From Syntrophales bacterium (GTDB lineage: Bacteria > Desulfobacterota > Syntrophia > Syntrophales > JACQWR01): a DNA stretch of 62,330 nt. Both the position numbers and the translations under genes were made by a program. The stretch lies in assembly GCA_049302035.1 (NCBI GenBank), contig JBAQLR010000126.1, positions 1 to 62,330 on the forward strand. Direction: 5' to 3'. Of the stretch, positions 20,431-29,812 are shown piece by piece (within the stretch, counting starts at the first letter, position 1; each line of letters begins with the position of its first letter). Below the pieces are notes generated by a model, which worked only from the letters and a program-made list of their open reading frames with translations, was not told the DNA's origin and ran no database searches.

Positions 20431-20821
20431 CCGTTCCCACTCCTATTACTTCGTATAGTGCCCTTCGCAGGTCCTCAGGCAGAAAGGGCTTTTTTATGAA
20501 CCCCTGCGCCCCCTGAACAAACGCCTCGCGCACCCTTGCGGCGCTGCCCTCGGTGGAGACCATGATGACCGGGATTTCCTTATAAAGTTTATCACTTTTC
20601 AGGCGCCCGACAAGCTCCAAACCGTTCATTTCCGGCATATTGATATCGGAAATGATCACGTCCACCCAGGCATGGGAAAGAATTTCCAGGGCCTCTTTAC
20701 CGCTTCCCGCCTCCCAGCACTCGTCCATTTTAAAGCCGGACATGGCAATAATCTTCTTGATGACGGCGCGCATGGCATTGGAATCATCCACAATGAGTAC
20801 ATTGAATGACATCGTAAACAC
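20381..20821 (-). CDS. CheY-like single-domain response regulator (second copy)
   Basis: REC domain (VLIVDDS..SDINMPEMNG..IKKPF). Confidence 0.85.
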   Translation of the reverse strand: MFTMSFNVLIVDDSNAMRAVIKKIIAMSGFKMDECWEAGSGKEALEILSHAWVDVIISDINMPEMNGLELVGRLKSDKLYKEIPVIMVSTEGSAARVREAFVQGAQGFIKKPFLPEDLRRALYEVIGVGTDGEYTEGTTNADELDF

Positions 20822-20920
20822 CTCCTCCCTCTTGAGACAAAACCCGTTTTATCTCAAATGACAAGGACAAGCTCCCGGGCATGCTGTAAATCCTCAACCA
20901 GTTGCATCATGCCCACATAG

Positions 20921-21403
20921 CTATAGCTCCCTCTTGGCGCCGCTGGAGCTTTTGACAACCACCTTGCCATCGGCAACGTCTAAGCGCAGCGTACGATTGT
21001 AGTTTTCCCCCGTGTCCTCATTATCGATAAAAACTTTATTCCGCCAAAATATCTGGCGCAGGGCCATGATATTTTTTTCCCCGATGCGGAAGTAGTTTGT
21101 ATTGTCCAATATGCTGGCGCCGCCGGCAACTCTGACAATAATCCGCCTCTTATCGGCGCCCATCTTATAGCAGGACTTAAACAAAAGCGGGATGCCCGTA
21201 TCGGCAAACATCCCGGGGGTTGCCTTGGCCTTAACAGCGTCTAAAGACGAATCGGGCAGCATATAATGCAACAGTCCCGCCACTTTGACCGCCGGATCAT
21301 AGATCGCCACAGCGATACAAGAGCCCAGAGCGTAAGTCACCAAAGCATCATTCCTGTTATTGCTGAACTTCAGATCGGCGATCCCGATCACAATATCACT
21401 CAT
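20921..21403 (-). CDS. cheD: chemoreceptor glutamine deamidase CheD
   Basis: 160 aa with ..LVTYALGSCIAVAIYDP.. (catalytic Cys region). Confidence 0.9.
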   Translation of the reverse strand: MSDIVIGIADLKFSNNRNDALVTYALGSCIAVAIYDPAVKVAGLLHYMLPDSSLDAVKAKATPGMFADTGIPLLFKSCYKMGADKRRIIVRVAGGASILDNTNYFRIGEKNIMALRQIFWRNKVFIDNEDTGENYNRTLRLDVADGKVVVKSSSGAKREL

Positions 21404-21407
21404 CGGC

Positions 21408-22241
21408 TTATTTCCTATATACGCTTGGTTCGATGTATTTTAGCCGGTGATTGAGACCTGTCAAACTTTCCGAGTGACCGACAAACAAATACCCACCCGC
21501 CGCCAGGCTGTCACACAAACCGTTGACCACCGCGGTCTGCGTCTGTTTGTCGAAATAGATCATCACATTCCGGCAAAAGATAACATCAAATTTAACGCCT
21601 TGGGGAGGTGGCTGCATGAGATTGAATCTTTTAAACTGCACCCGTTCCCTAATGCTATTTTTAACTCGAAAGTAGCCCTCCCATTTGCCCACACCGCTTT
21701 GAAAATATTTTCTTACCAGACCGGCGGGAATATTTTTCATTTTCTCCGCATTATATATGCCGCTTTCAGCCGTTTTCAAGACGCTCGTAGAGACATCCGT
21801 GGCCAGTATTTTGACATCGTCGGACCTTCCCTCCATCGTTTCCCGAATCTTGATGGCAATGGAATATGGTTCTTCTCCCGTGGAACAGGCAGCGCTCCAG
21901 ACGCGCAAACGGGGAGTCCCCTTGTTTCCCGATGCGGCCAACAGATTGGGCAAGATGGCCGCAAGTTTTTGAAAATGGCTGTCCTCGCGGAAAAAATAGG
22001 TAAGATTGGTGGAAATGGAATCTATCATGCGCACCAGTTCATCGGCGCCTTCTTCCGTGACCACGTAATTATAGTAATGGGCAAAAGAACGAAAGTTCCC
22101 TTCCCGCAGACGCTTCCCCAGGCGCGCCTTGACTAATTCTTTCTTGCCCTCATGGAGGTTTATGCCGCACTTTTCATGGATAAGACGCCTGATCTTTTCA
22201 AAATCAACTGGCCTTAATTCCGCTTCCATCGCAGCACCCAA
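21408..22241 (-). CDS. cheR: chemotaxis methyltransferase CheR
   Basis: SAM-dependent methyltransferase motif RVWSAACSTGEEPYSIA. Either the TTG start at 22241 or the ATG at 22229 is possible. Confidence 0.9.
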   Translation of the reverse strand: MGAAMEAELRPVDFEKIRRLIHEKCGINLHEGKKELVKARLGKRLREGNFRSFAHYYNYVVTEEGADELVRMIDSISTNLTYFFREDSHFQKLAAILPNLLAASGNKGTPRLRVWSAACSTGEEPYSIAIKIRETMEGRSDDVKILATDVSTSVLKTAESGIYNAEKMKNIPAGLVRKYFQSGVGKWEGYFRVKNSIRERVQFKRFNLMQPPPQGVKFDVIFCRNVMIYFDKQTQTAVVNGLCDSLAAGGYLFVGHSESLTGLNHRLKYIEPSVYRK

Positions 22242-22276
22242 AACGACCGTCCTCCCATGCCCTCTTGTAACGGGTT

Positions 22277-22304
22277 ATATCGGTATGTTGTGGAAGCAAC
22301 TTTA
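22277..22304 (-). promoter_or_regulatory. sigma-28 (FliA) promoter of the che operon
   Basis: The reverse complement reads TAAAGTTG-N12-ACCGATAT (consensus TAAAGTTT-N11-GCCGATAA). It lies about 35 nt upstream of the cheR start. Confidence 0.65.
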
Positions 22305-22396
22305 GTCGAAATAACTAACATAATGATAATAATAAGGAATTTTCAGGAAATTTTCGAAAGACCAAGGTAAAGGCAGTTTACTTTCAAGAAAGGCGT

Positions 22397-22798
22397 CTAT
22401 TTATGCAGGTTTTGGTATCTTCCTAGCCAACGGTCCATTTTAGCAAAAGCATCTTCCAGGGCACATGATAATATTTCATATGTAAGCGGCTTGGTAAAAA
22501 AATCATCAAACCCTGCTTCACGGCATTCTTCGATTTCGAAGAGAGCGGCCCAGCCGGTCATGGCATAAATAATGGAGATGGGTTTTGTCTTGCGAATTTT
22601 ACGGCATAGTTCTATCCCGTTCATGCCGAATAACCTAAGGTCCAGAAAGATGACATCAATCCTTTCCCCTTTGAGTATTTCTAAAGCCTGCTCCCCCGTC
22701 TCGGCGACCCGGACCTCATACCCGACATCATTGAAAGTATCGGTAAATAAATCACGGATACTCAGTTCATCATCCACAACCAGGATTTTCTTTTCCAC
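22397..22798 (-). CDS. single-domain response regulator (REC)
   Basis: 133 aa with KILVVDDE..DLRLFGMNG..TKP. Confidence 0.85.
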   Translation of the reverse strand: MEKKILVVDDELSIRDLFTDTFNDVGYEVRVAETGEQALEILKGERIDVIFLDLRLFGMNGIELCRKIRKTKPISIIYAMTGWAALFEIEECREAGFDDFFTKPLTYEILSCALEDAFAKMDRWLGRYQNLHK

Positions 22799-22808
22799 CT
22801 AGCCTCTC

Positions 22809-24227
22809 CTAGCTTGGCATCTTCATATCTGCCGGAGAATCGGCAATCGTCAGCATATTCAACCTTCTTAACTTCTCCACCAGGGTCGTCCGATTCAGAT
22901 TGAGCATCCGGGCTGCCTTGTTTTTCACACCACCGCTTTTCTCCAAAGCCCGGCAGATTAGCTCTTTCTCGAATTTTTCCACCGCCTTGTTAAGGTCCAT
23001 ACTATCGTCGGCATCGGGTGCGTTGACATTATTAATTTGAGGTTTCCCCCTGCCACCCCGCATCTTGCCGGGGAGATCGGCCACCTCGATCGTGCCGTTT
23101 TCCTTCATTACGACCAGCATCTCAATTAAGTTCTGCAGCTCCCTCACGTTTCCGGGCCAGGGATAATGCATGAGAATATTCATCGCTTCGGGAACTATTT
23201 TTTTTACCCCCCTTGTTTTCAATCCATTATATTTTGCCAGAAAATGATTTACCAGGATGGGTATGTCGATCCCCCTTTCCCGCAGGGGAGGCAGATGCAG
23301 GGGAATTACATTAATGCGATAGAAGAGGTCTTCCCGGAATCTTTTTTCCGCCACCGCCTTTTCCAGATTTTGATTCGTTGCCGTAATGATGCGGACATCG
23401 GCATTAATGGTTTTTACACCACCGATCCGCTCGAATTGCCTTTCCTGAATAACCCGCAGCACCTTAACCTGTAGCGAGGGGCTCATATCGCCTACTTCAT
23501 CAAGGAAGATGGTTCCCCCCTCGGCCAATTCGAACCGGCCCACCCGGTTGCGAATGGCGCCGGTAAAAGCCCCCTTTTCATGGCCGAAAAGCTCGGCTTC
23601 CAGCAGCTCTTCCGGGATAGCGCCACAATTTACCGCTACCAGAGGACGGTCTTTTCTCTCGCTGTTGAAGTGCACCGCCTTGGCTACCAGCTCCTTACCC
23701 GTCCCGCTCTCACCGTGAATAAGCACCGTGCTGTCCGAGGCAGCCACCTTGGTAATTTTATCAAAAACCTTTCGCATGCACTCGCTGTAACCAATCAAAT
23801 TGCTGAAATCATATTTTTCCTTGATCTGCTCTTTTAAGACACTGTTCTCCTCTTGCAGCCTTAAATAGGTCAGGGCCCTGGCTACCGACAACTTGACCAG
23901 ATCATTGCGCAGGGGTTTGGTGATATAGTCGAATGCCCCCAGTTTCATTGCTTCCACGGCCGAATTAATCGTCCCATAGGCGGTTACCACAATGGGCACG
24001 CAAGTAGAGTTTATCTTTTTGATAAGGTTGATCAACGCCAGCCCATCCATGCCGGGCATATGCAAATCCGTAATCAGCAAATCAAAGGACTCGACCAGAA
24101 AAATCTCAATAGCCTCATTGCCATTAGTAACGGCTCTTACCTCATAACCCTCCCCTTCCAGGAGTTCCAGGAGATTCTCCCGGCTGGCAAGGTCGTCCTC
24201 GGCAATCAGAATTCTACACTGTTTCAT
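22809..24227 (-). CDS. sigma-54-dependent transcriptional regulator (REC-AAA+-Fis HTH, NtrC family)
   Basis: REC domain, then GESGTGKE, GAFTGA and a C-terminal HTH (NKAARMLNLNRTTLVEKLRR). Confidence 0.9.
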   Translation of the reverse strand: MKQCRILIAEDDLASRENLLELLEGEGYEVRAVTNGNEAIEIFLVESFDLLITDLHMPGMDGLALINLIKKINSTCVPIVVTAYGTINSAVEAMKLGAFDYITKPLRNDLVKLSVARALTYLRLQEENSVLKEQIKEKYDFSNLIGYSECMRKVFDKITKVAASDSTVLIHGESGTGKELVAKAVHFNSERKDRPLVAVNCGAIPEELLEAELFGHEKGAFTGAIRNRVGRFELAEGGTIFLDEVGDMSPSLQVKVLRVIQERQFERIGGVKTINADVRIITATNQNLEKAVAEKRFREDLFYRINVIPLHLPPLRERGIDIPILVNHFLAKYNGLKTRGVKKIVPEAMNILMHYPWPGNVRELQNLIEMLVVMKENGTIEVADLPGKMRGGRGKPQINNVNAPDADDSMDLNKAVEKFEKELICRALEKSGGVKNKAARMLNLNRTTLVEKLRRLNMLTIADSPADMKMPS

Positions 24228-24340
24228 TCTTTTTTTTTACAACAGATCATTTAACAATGAAAGGAAAAAAGTGCCGGGGCGTAAAGCACCCCTCTTGAGG
24301 CGGGAAAGAACGGATGGATTAAGTTTAACCGGGCTCAAAC

Positions 24341-25637
24341 TCACAACATACTGGCGAGCGTATCTTGCAGCTCCCTAAGCCGATAGGGCTTCAACAGGCT
24401 AGCTGCAAATCCATAGGCGACATAATTGGTTATCAACGGATCTCTGGCATGCCCGCTGGAGATAATTGCCTTCACCTGCGGATCAAACTCGCGGAGTCTC
24501 TCTATCGCCTCTTTGCCACCCATCCCGGCATCTATAAAAAGGTCCAGTATCACGGCGCCGTATGGATCGCCTGACTCCGCCGCCCGCTGATACGCCTGTA
24601 CAGCCTCATGGCCGTTTACCACCCCATCCACCCGGTATCCGATATAGTGCAGAAATTCGGTTGCAACAGCGAGAACAGCCGGTTCATCATCCATGACCAA
24701 AATCCGGGCACCGGTGGATGCGGGGTATTGAACAGCCAAGTTTTCCGCCGCTTCCTTCTCCCGCTTTCCTGGGAGGGGATCAGGACAATCTCGTGCATCT
24801 TCTGTCGGCGATCCGCCGGGGGGAAACAGGTCAAGACCCTTGAAAAGTTCGCCTGCCGCCACCTTCTCCCCGACAGCCGAGCCAGCAGTGGCAAAGGCGA
24901 CGAGTTGTTTTTTGAGCTGGAGCGCCATGGTGTGGGAGTTCTCGGCATTTTTGAGAAACTTTAATGCCTGGCTGGTCTCGGGCGTGTAGAGTCTGGCCAT
25001 GGCTATATTGCCCAGGACGCCCTGCAGCAGGTTGTTTAACTGATGAGCAATGCTTCCGGCCATCACCCCCAGAGACTCAGACACATTGGCATCAAGAATC
25101 GCCGCTGCCATTTTTTTGCGCTCCATGATATCACGTTGAAATTCCAGGATGAATTTATCGCCTCGGAGTAAGTCGTTAATTATTTCCGGCACTTCTAGGG
25201 AAGCAACAAATTCCGTTAGCGCACTCAGCATGCGCCCGGGTGTCTCCTCTTCGTTCATCGGAGGGAGGTAAATCACGGTTGACGACACCTCCAAGAGTAA
25301 GATGCGACCGTCCTTATGGTAGTGCTCCACTTCAAAGGTCAAGTGTTCACCCGCCAGCAGTCGGCGTATTCTGGGGGAAGACGACTGCGGTAAGCCGACA
25401 ACATGCAGATCCTGCAGTTTCATCTTCTGCATTTCTTGCCCTGCTGTAGCCATGCATCCTGGCGCAGGCTTCATTTACCATCGACATCCGGTCGCCATTC
25501 ACGGGGTAACACATTATACCCTCGGACGCCTTTTCAAAAATTGTCCAGCAGAGCGCCAGCTCCCTGATTATGTCATCGACCCCGCACTGTTCAAACTTCT
25601 CCCGCCTCTCATGGTGTTTTCTCATGTCCTTCCCCAT
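24341..25637 (-). pseudogene. PAS - DHp(H-box) - REC signalling gene with no HATPase domain and an apparent 1-nt frameshift inside the PAS domain
   Basis: ORF 25347-25637 ends with PAS-like ..FEKASEGIMCYPVNGDRMSMVNEACARMHGYSR. ORF 24341-25474 continues in another frame with QEMQKMKLQDLH..TFEVEHYHKDGRILLLEV. Removing one C/G from the CCC run at 25439-25441 joins them in frame. The H-box SIAHQLNNLLQGV is followed after about 110 aa directly by the REC domain (ILVMDDEP..), and no N/G1/G2 ATP-binding boxes are present. Confidence 0.55.
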
Positions 25638-25695
25638 AAAGCCACTTCCCCAAATTGCATCGATGCGCGTCGAATTGAACTTAACCTGGCGTCTA

Positions 25696-25723
25696 TTTTT
25701 ACTCTATATGAAAATAAATGCAA
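25696..25723 (-). promoter_or_regulatory. possible sigma-70 promoter for the PAS-DHp-REC gene
   Basis: The reverse complement reads TTGCAT-N16-TAAAAA, about 60 nt upstream of the ATG at 25637. Confidence 0.3.
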
Positions 25724-25822
25724 CTGCCTAATTATTTTCATCCTTCGCCGTACCCGCTTTGGGTATGGGGGTTACTGCTTTGGCTCGGGGAGCGTTGCTT
25801 TCCCAAACAGCGGGCGAGGACA

Positions 25823-27256
25823 CTACCGGTGGCCCTCGAGCAGCGCCACCAGCTTCTGGACTGCGCCCTGCATCTGGTCCGCCAGCAAGTTGAGTTCCTG
25901 CGCAGCGGCAGACGACTCCTCGGCGCCAGCCGCATTGGCCTGGATCACCTTTTCGATCTCTAACATGGCTTGGTTGATTTGCCCGATCCCCTCCACCTGT
26001 TCCTGGGACGCCGCCGTGATCTCACCCGCCAATTGGGAAGACTTTTCCGTGTTTCCGGCCACCTCCGCAAAATCGGCATTCGTTCTTTCTACCAGCCTTT
26101 CACCGTCCCTCACCTTCTGAACGGTCCCTTCAATCAGGGCTGCGGTGCTTTTGGCCGCCTCGGCCGCCCGCATGGCCAGATTACGCACCTCGTTGGCAAC
26201 CACGGCGAAACCCGCCCCTGCTTCCCCGGCCCGGGCGGCCTCCACCGCAGCATTAAGAGCCAATAAATTGGTCTGAAAGGCTATCTCATCTATGGTCTTG
26301 ATGATTTTCGAGGTTTCCTCGCTGGCTCGCGAGATTTCGGCCATGGAACTGGTTAAGACGGCCATATCACTGTTGGCTTGCGACACGGCGGTTTTTGTTT
26401 CCTGAAGGAGAAGGTTCGCATGGCCCGCGTTTTCGGCATTGGTCTTCGCCATGGCAGACGTCTCCTCCAGGGAGGCGGAGGTTTCCTCGATACTGGCCGC
26501 CTGTTCCGTGGCTCCCTCGGCCAGGGAGTGACTAGCCGCCGCCGCCATATCGGCGGCCGACAGCAATTGTTCCGCATTTTCCCTCAGACCGTCAATAACC
26601 AATTGCACCGGCTGAATAAGCAATTTGGCGATTACCAGATAAACGATCAGGAGAATAATCAGGCTGGCGCCGCCGCCGATGATGATACCTTTATATTGCT
26701 GCGACCTGATACGGCCGTACATGCTCTCGAGGCTCTGCCGCACTAGCAGGCCTCCCTGCACGGCATTTTTTTCGGGATGGCATTGTTCACACCGGCTCTC
26801 TTTGAGAATCGGTTGCAGCACCGTCAGATAGGGCTTGCCGTCCAGCCATTCTTCATAGGCGCGATCGGGGCTTTGGCCCGTTTGCAGCAACTCCCTGATG
26901 GCCCCGGCCAGCTCCGCCGACGTTATCTGTTTCATTACCTCTACCCCTTCCTTTTCCCTGGCGGAGGCGTAAACAACGATCTTATTCTGGCCAAAGATCA
27001 GAACCTCGCCCCCCCGCATGCCCTGCTTCAGGTCCACGATTTCCTTCCGGACCGCATCGCCATCTCCCAGGGCCATGGGATAGATCATGCCGTTAAATAC
27101 CGCTCCGGCAAACATGCGGGAAGCGCCCTGGACCTCCTGCACAACGCTTTTTTTCTGGCCCATGGCATTCATGTAAACGATCCCGGCCAGGGCTATGATG
27201 ATGAGTGCCGCCAGCATGGTAATAATCTTGGCCTGTAAGCTGATGTTCTTTTTCAT
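25823..27256 (-). CDS. methyl-accepting chemotaxis protein with a periplasmic CxxCH (haem-c) sensor domain
   Basis: Two TM segments flank a roughly 130-aa periplasmic domain containing C-E-Q-C-H (26777-26791). The cytoplasmic signalling hairpin is [39 protein letters not shown] prefer the ATG start at 27256 over the GTG at 27274. Confidence 0.9.
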   Translation of the reverse strand: MKKNISLQAKIITMLAALIIIALAGIVYMNAMGQKKSVVQEVQGASRMFAGAVFNGMIYPMALGDGDAVRKEIVDLKQGMRGGEVLIFGQNKIVVYASAREKEGVEVMKQITSAELAGAIRELLQTGQSPDRAYEEWLDGKPYLTVLQPILKESRCEQCHPEKNAVQGGLLVRQSLESMYGRIRSQQYKGIIIGGGASLIILLIVYLVIAKLLIQPVQLVIDGLRENAEQLLSAADMAAAASHSLAEGATEQAASIEETSASLEETSAMAKTNAENAGHANLLLQETKTAVSQANSDMAVLTSSMAEISRASEETSKIIKTIDEIAFQTNLLALNAAVEAARAGEAGAGFAVVANEVRNLAMRAAEAAKSTAALIEGTVQKVRDGERLVERTNADFAEVAGNTEKSSQLAGEITAASQEQVEGIGQINQAMLEIEKVIQANAAGAEESSAAAQELNLLADQMQGAVQKLVALLEGHR

Positions 27257-27337
27257 ATCCTGTTTCCCCCCCACCGTTTGCTTTAAACTGCTTTTATGCT
27301 TATTCCACCAGTTGAAGCATGGCTACATTGCCACTAT

Positions 27338-27364
27338 ATATCGGCATATTTTGGCAACACTTTA
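27338..27364 (-). promoter_or_regulatory. sigma-28 (FliA) promoter of the MCP gene
   Basis: The reverse complement reads TAAAGTGT-TGCCAAAATAT-GCCGATAT. The 8+11+8 layout matches the enterobacterial consensus TAAAGTTT-N11-GCCGATAA. Confidence 0.75.
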
Positions 27365-27571
27365 ATCTGGGTACTGTCGCCCGCAGCTCCAACCTGGGCG
27401 ATGCCTTACGGCACATTTGGGCGGCAGGCTTTTGCCGCCCAAATTCCCTTAAAAAAGAGAGTCTCCTCCCCCTCCTGCCATTTTACTTCCCGGAAAAAAA
27501 TACTTGACAACAAACGGGGATGATAAGAGAAACAAGGCGCGCCCTGCCAAATGAAAATTTAGTCTATCGGG

Positions 27572-29812
27572 ATGAGTATGGATAAAAAAAGCAACGCCCG
27601 GGTAAAAGAGATTTATGCCGTGCTTTTCCTGACGCTGGGCGTTTTACTGCTGCTGTCTTTGCTTTCCTACCAACCGGAAGACCCCTCCTTTAACCGCTAT
27701 CTGAGCGAGCCTCTGCCGCCTCACAATCTTATCGGCGTCTGGGGCTCGTACAGCGCAGATGCCCTCTTTCAGCTCCTCGGCTTAGCGGCTTTTTTGCTGC
27801 CGCTGTTTTTTTTCATCATCGCCGCCAGGTATTTCCGGCGCCACACTCCGGGTATCCACCCCGGCCTCTCCGGTTTTTTAGCTTTAACTTTTCTGGCCGC
27901 CGCAGCGGGATTAAGCAATCTGCTTTTTCTGGGAATAAGTGTAAATAACATACAGGCCGGGGGACTGCTGGGAGCCATCCTCGCCAAGTCATTGAACCAT
28001 TATTTCAACCCCTTGGGCGCCGGTCTGCTGCTTACCATCATGGCCCTTATTCCCCTTTTATTCCTGGGCGATTTGTCGCTCCTCACCTTGATAAAAAAAG
28101 TGGCTGTTCCCTTTTTTTGGGCGGGTCGCCTGCTCTCCGGCTTCGAGCGCCCCAATAACGAACCTGCCGTAAGCATTAATGAGAATAAAAAAGTGCCAAA
28201 TCCGGCCGAGCTTCTGGAACTGGACGCGCCGCTCATCGAAAACTTTTCCTGGGAAGAGAAGAAAAAGGGCCAACCGGCCGCCCCGCCCCGCTTCGACTTC
28301 CCCGACACCGGCGGCGTCTTTCAACTGCCACCGCTTTCGCTCCTCGACCATGTGGAAAGAAAAGATGCCAAAGTTAAAAAGGAAAGCCTGCTGACCAATG
28401 CCCGTCTTCTGGAAAGCAAACTCGCCGACTTCGGCGTGGCGGCCAAGGTAACGGAAATTAAACCGGGACCCGTCATCACCATGTATGAATTGGAACCGGC
28501 GCCGGGGGTTAAGATTAACCGGATCACCAATCTGGCCGATGATCTTGCTTTAGCGCTGAAGGCCCCCAGCGTCAGAATCGTGGCTCCCATCCCCGGCAAG
28601 GCAGTGGTGGGCATCGAGATCCCCCAGCCGGAAAGAGAACCGGTGCAACTGAAAGACGTACTGGATAACGAAACCTTTCTGAACTCCACCTTCCGCCTGC
28701 CCATTGCCCTGGGAGTCGATATTGCCGGCTTGCCGGTGGTAACCGACCTGATCAGGATGCCCCACCTCCTGATTGCCGGCACTACGGGTTCGGGCAAAAG
28801 CGTGGCGCTCAATGCCCTGATCTGCAGCATTCTCTTCAAGGCGCCTCCAGACGAGGTGAAATTTCTCATGATCGACCCTAAACGCCTGGAATTTTCTTCC
28901 TATGAAGGAATACCGCACCTGCTCCACCCGGTGGTGGTAGATCCCAAAATGGCGGCCCAGGTGCTGAAATGGGCGGTAGATGAAATGGAACGGCGTTACC
29001 AGATCATCAGCCTCCTGGGGGTGAAGAATATTGATAGCTACAACCAAACATTGAAAAATGACAAGGATGACCGGGTAAGCAGCCGCCTCAGGGAACTTCT
29101 GAAGAAGCAGGCAGAGGCTCAGGGTGTAGATCAGGAAGAACAGGAAATCCAGATACCCCAGAAGCTTCCCTACATTGTGATCATCATTGATGAATTGGCC
29201 GATTTGATGCTGGTGGCCCAGCGCAACGTGGAGGAATCCCTGGCCCGTCTGGCACAGATGGCCAGGGCAGCGGGCATTCACCTGATCCTCGCCACCCAGC
29301 GGCCCTCGGTGGACGTCATTACCGGCGTGATCAAGGCCAACTTCCCGACGCGCATCTCTTTTCAAGTTTCCTCGAAGGTTGACTCGCGCACCATCATTGA
29401 TCAGCATGGGGCAGAAAAGCTGCTGGGAGCGGGCGACATGCTGTACATCCCGCCCGGCACCTCCAAACTGACCCGCATCCACGGCGCCTATGTCTCGGAC
29501 AAGGAAATCGATAAGATCGTCGCTTTCATACGGGACCAGGCACGGTCGGCCTATGATGAAACAATCCTGCATTTTGATCCGGCTCTGCCGGAAGAGGAAA
29601 AAAAAGACGATGATTACGATGAAAAATACGATGAAGCCGTGGAGCTGGTCAGCGACCTGGGACATGCCTCCGTGTCCCTCGTCCAGCGTTATATGAAGAT
29701 CGGCTACAACCGGGCCGCCCGGATCGTCGAACGTATGGAGGTGGAAGGCGTCGTAGGTCCGTCGGATGGTGTGAAGCCGCGCAAGGTGCTGGCGAGGAGA
29801 ATGCCCCATTGA
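27572..29812 (+). CDS. ftsK: DNA translocase FtsK
   Basis: N-terminal TM segments, a linker, a motor domain with Walker A GTTGSGKSV, and a C-terminal gamma winged helix. Confidence 0.95.
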   Translation: MSMDKKSNARVKEIYAVLFLTLGVLLLLSLLSYQPEDPSFNRYLSEPLPPHNLIGVWGSYSADALFQLLGLAAFLLPLFFFIIAARYFRRHTPGIHPGLSGFLALTFLAAAAGLSNLLFLGISVNNIQAGGLLGAILAKSLNHYFNPLGAGLLLTIMALIPLLFLGDLSLLTLIKKVAVPFFWAGRLLSGFERPNNEPAVSINENKKVPNPAELLELDAPLIENFSWEEKKKGQPAAPPRFDFPDTGGVFQLPPLSLLDHVERKDAKVKKESLLTNARLLESKLADFGVAAKVTEIKPGPVITMYELEPAPGVKINRITNLADDLALALKAPSVRIVAPIPGKAVVGIEIPQPEREPVQLKDVLDNETFLNSTFRLPIALGVDIAGLPVVTDLIRMPHLLIAGTTGSGKSVALNALICSILFKAPPDEVKFLMIDPKRLEFSSYEGIPHLLHPVVVDPKMAAQVLKWAVDEMERRYQIISLLGVKNIDSYNQTLKNDKDDRVSSRLRELLKKQAEAQGVDQEEQEIQIPQKLPYIVIIIDELADLMLVAQRNVEESLARLAQMARAAGIHLILATQRPSVDVITGVIKANFPTRISFQVSSKVDSRTIIDQHGAEKLLGAGDMLYIPPGTSKLTRIHGAYVSDKEIDKIVAFIRDQARSAYDETILHFDPALPEEEKKDDDYDEKYDEAVELVSDLGHASVSLVQRYMKIGYNRAARIVERMEVEGVVGPSDGVKPRKVLARRMPH

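Noticed and set aside
24262-24300. A possible fourth, degenerate copy of the repeat element (CGTAAAGCACCCCTCTTGAGGCGGG). The same stretch shares a 13-nt string, CCGGCACTTTTTT on the minus strand, with the terminator at 743-763.
   Set aside because: On the minus strand this region folds as GGGGTG-CTTTA-CGCCCC followed by a T-rich run. It is more simply a Rho-independent terminator after the PAS-DHp-REC gene. The similarity to the element is short and gapped. The shared 13-mer is odd, but I cannot support anything more from it.
27419-27440. A GC-rich 8-bp hairpin (GGGCGGCA-GGCTTT-TGCCGCCC) in the divergent MCP/ftsK region.
   Set aside because: There is no U-tract on either strand, and no gene ends here that it could terminate. 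It may be a protein site or a chance palindrome, and there is not enough evidence to call a feature.
28550-29809. Very long antisense ORFs opposite well-supported genes. Examples are the 419-aa ORF opposite ftsK, 48116-49405 opposite the GAF cyclase, 53090-54352 opposite the NuoF-like gene, 60559-61971 opposite nuoD, and 39636-40553 opposite the CNNM gene.
   Set aside because: Each lies entirely inside a CDS that carries unambiguous family motifs on the other strand. Their translations are Arg/Gly/His/Pro-rich with no recognisable motif. Open antisense frames like these are expected in GC-rich coding DNA.
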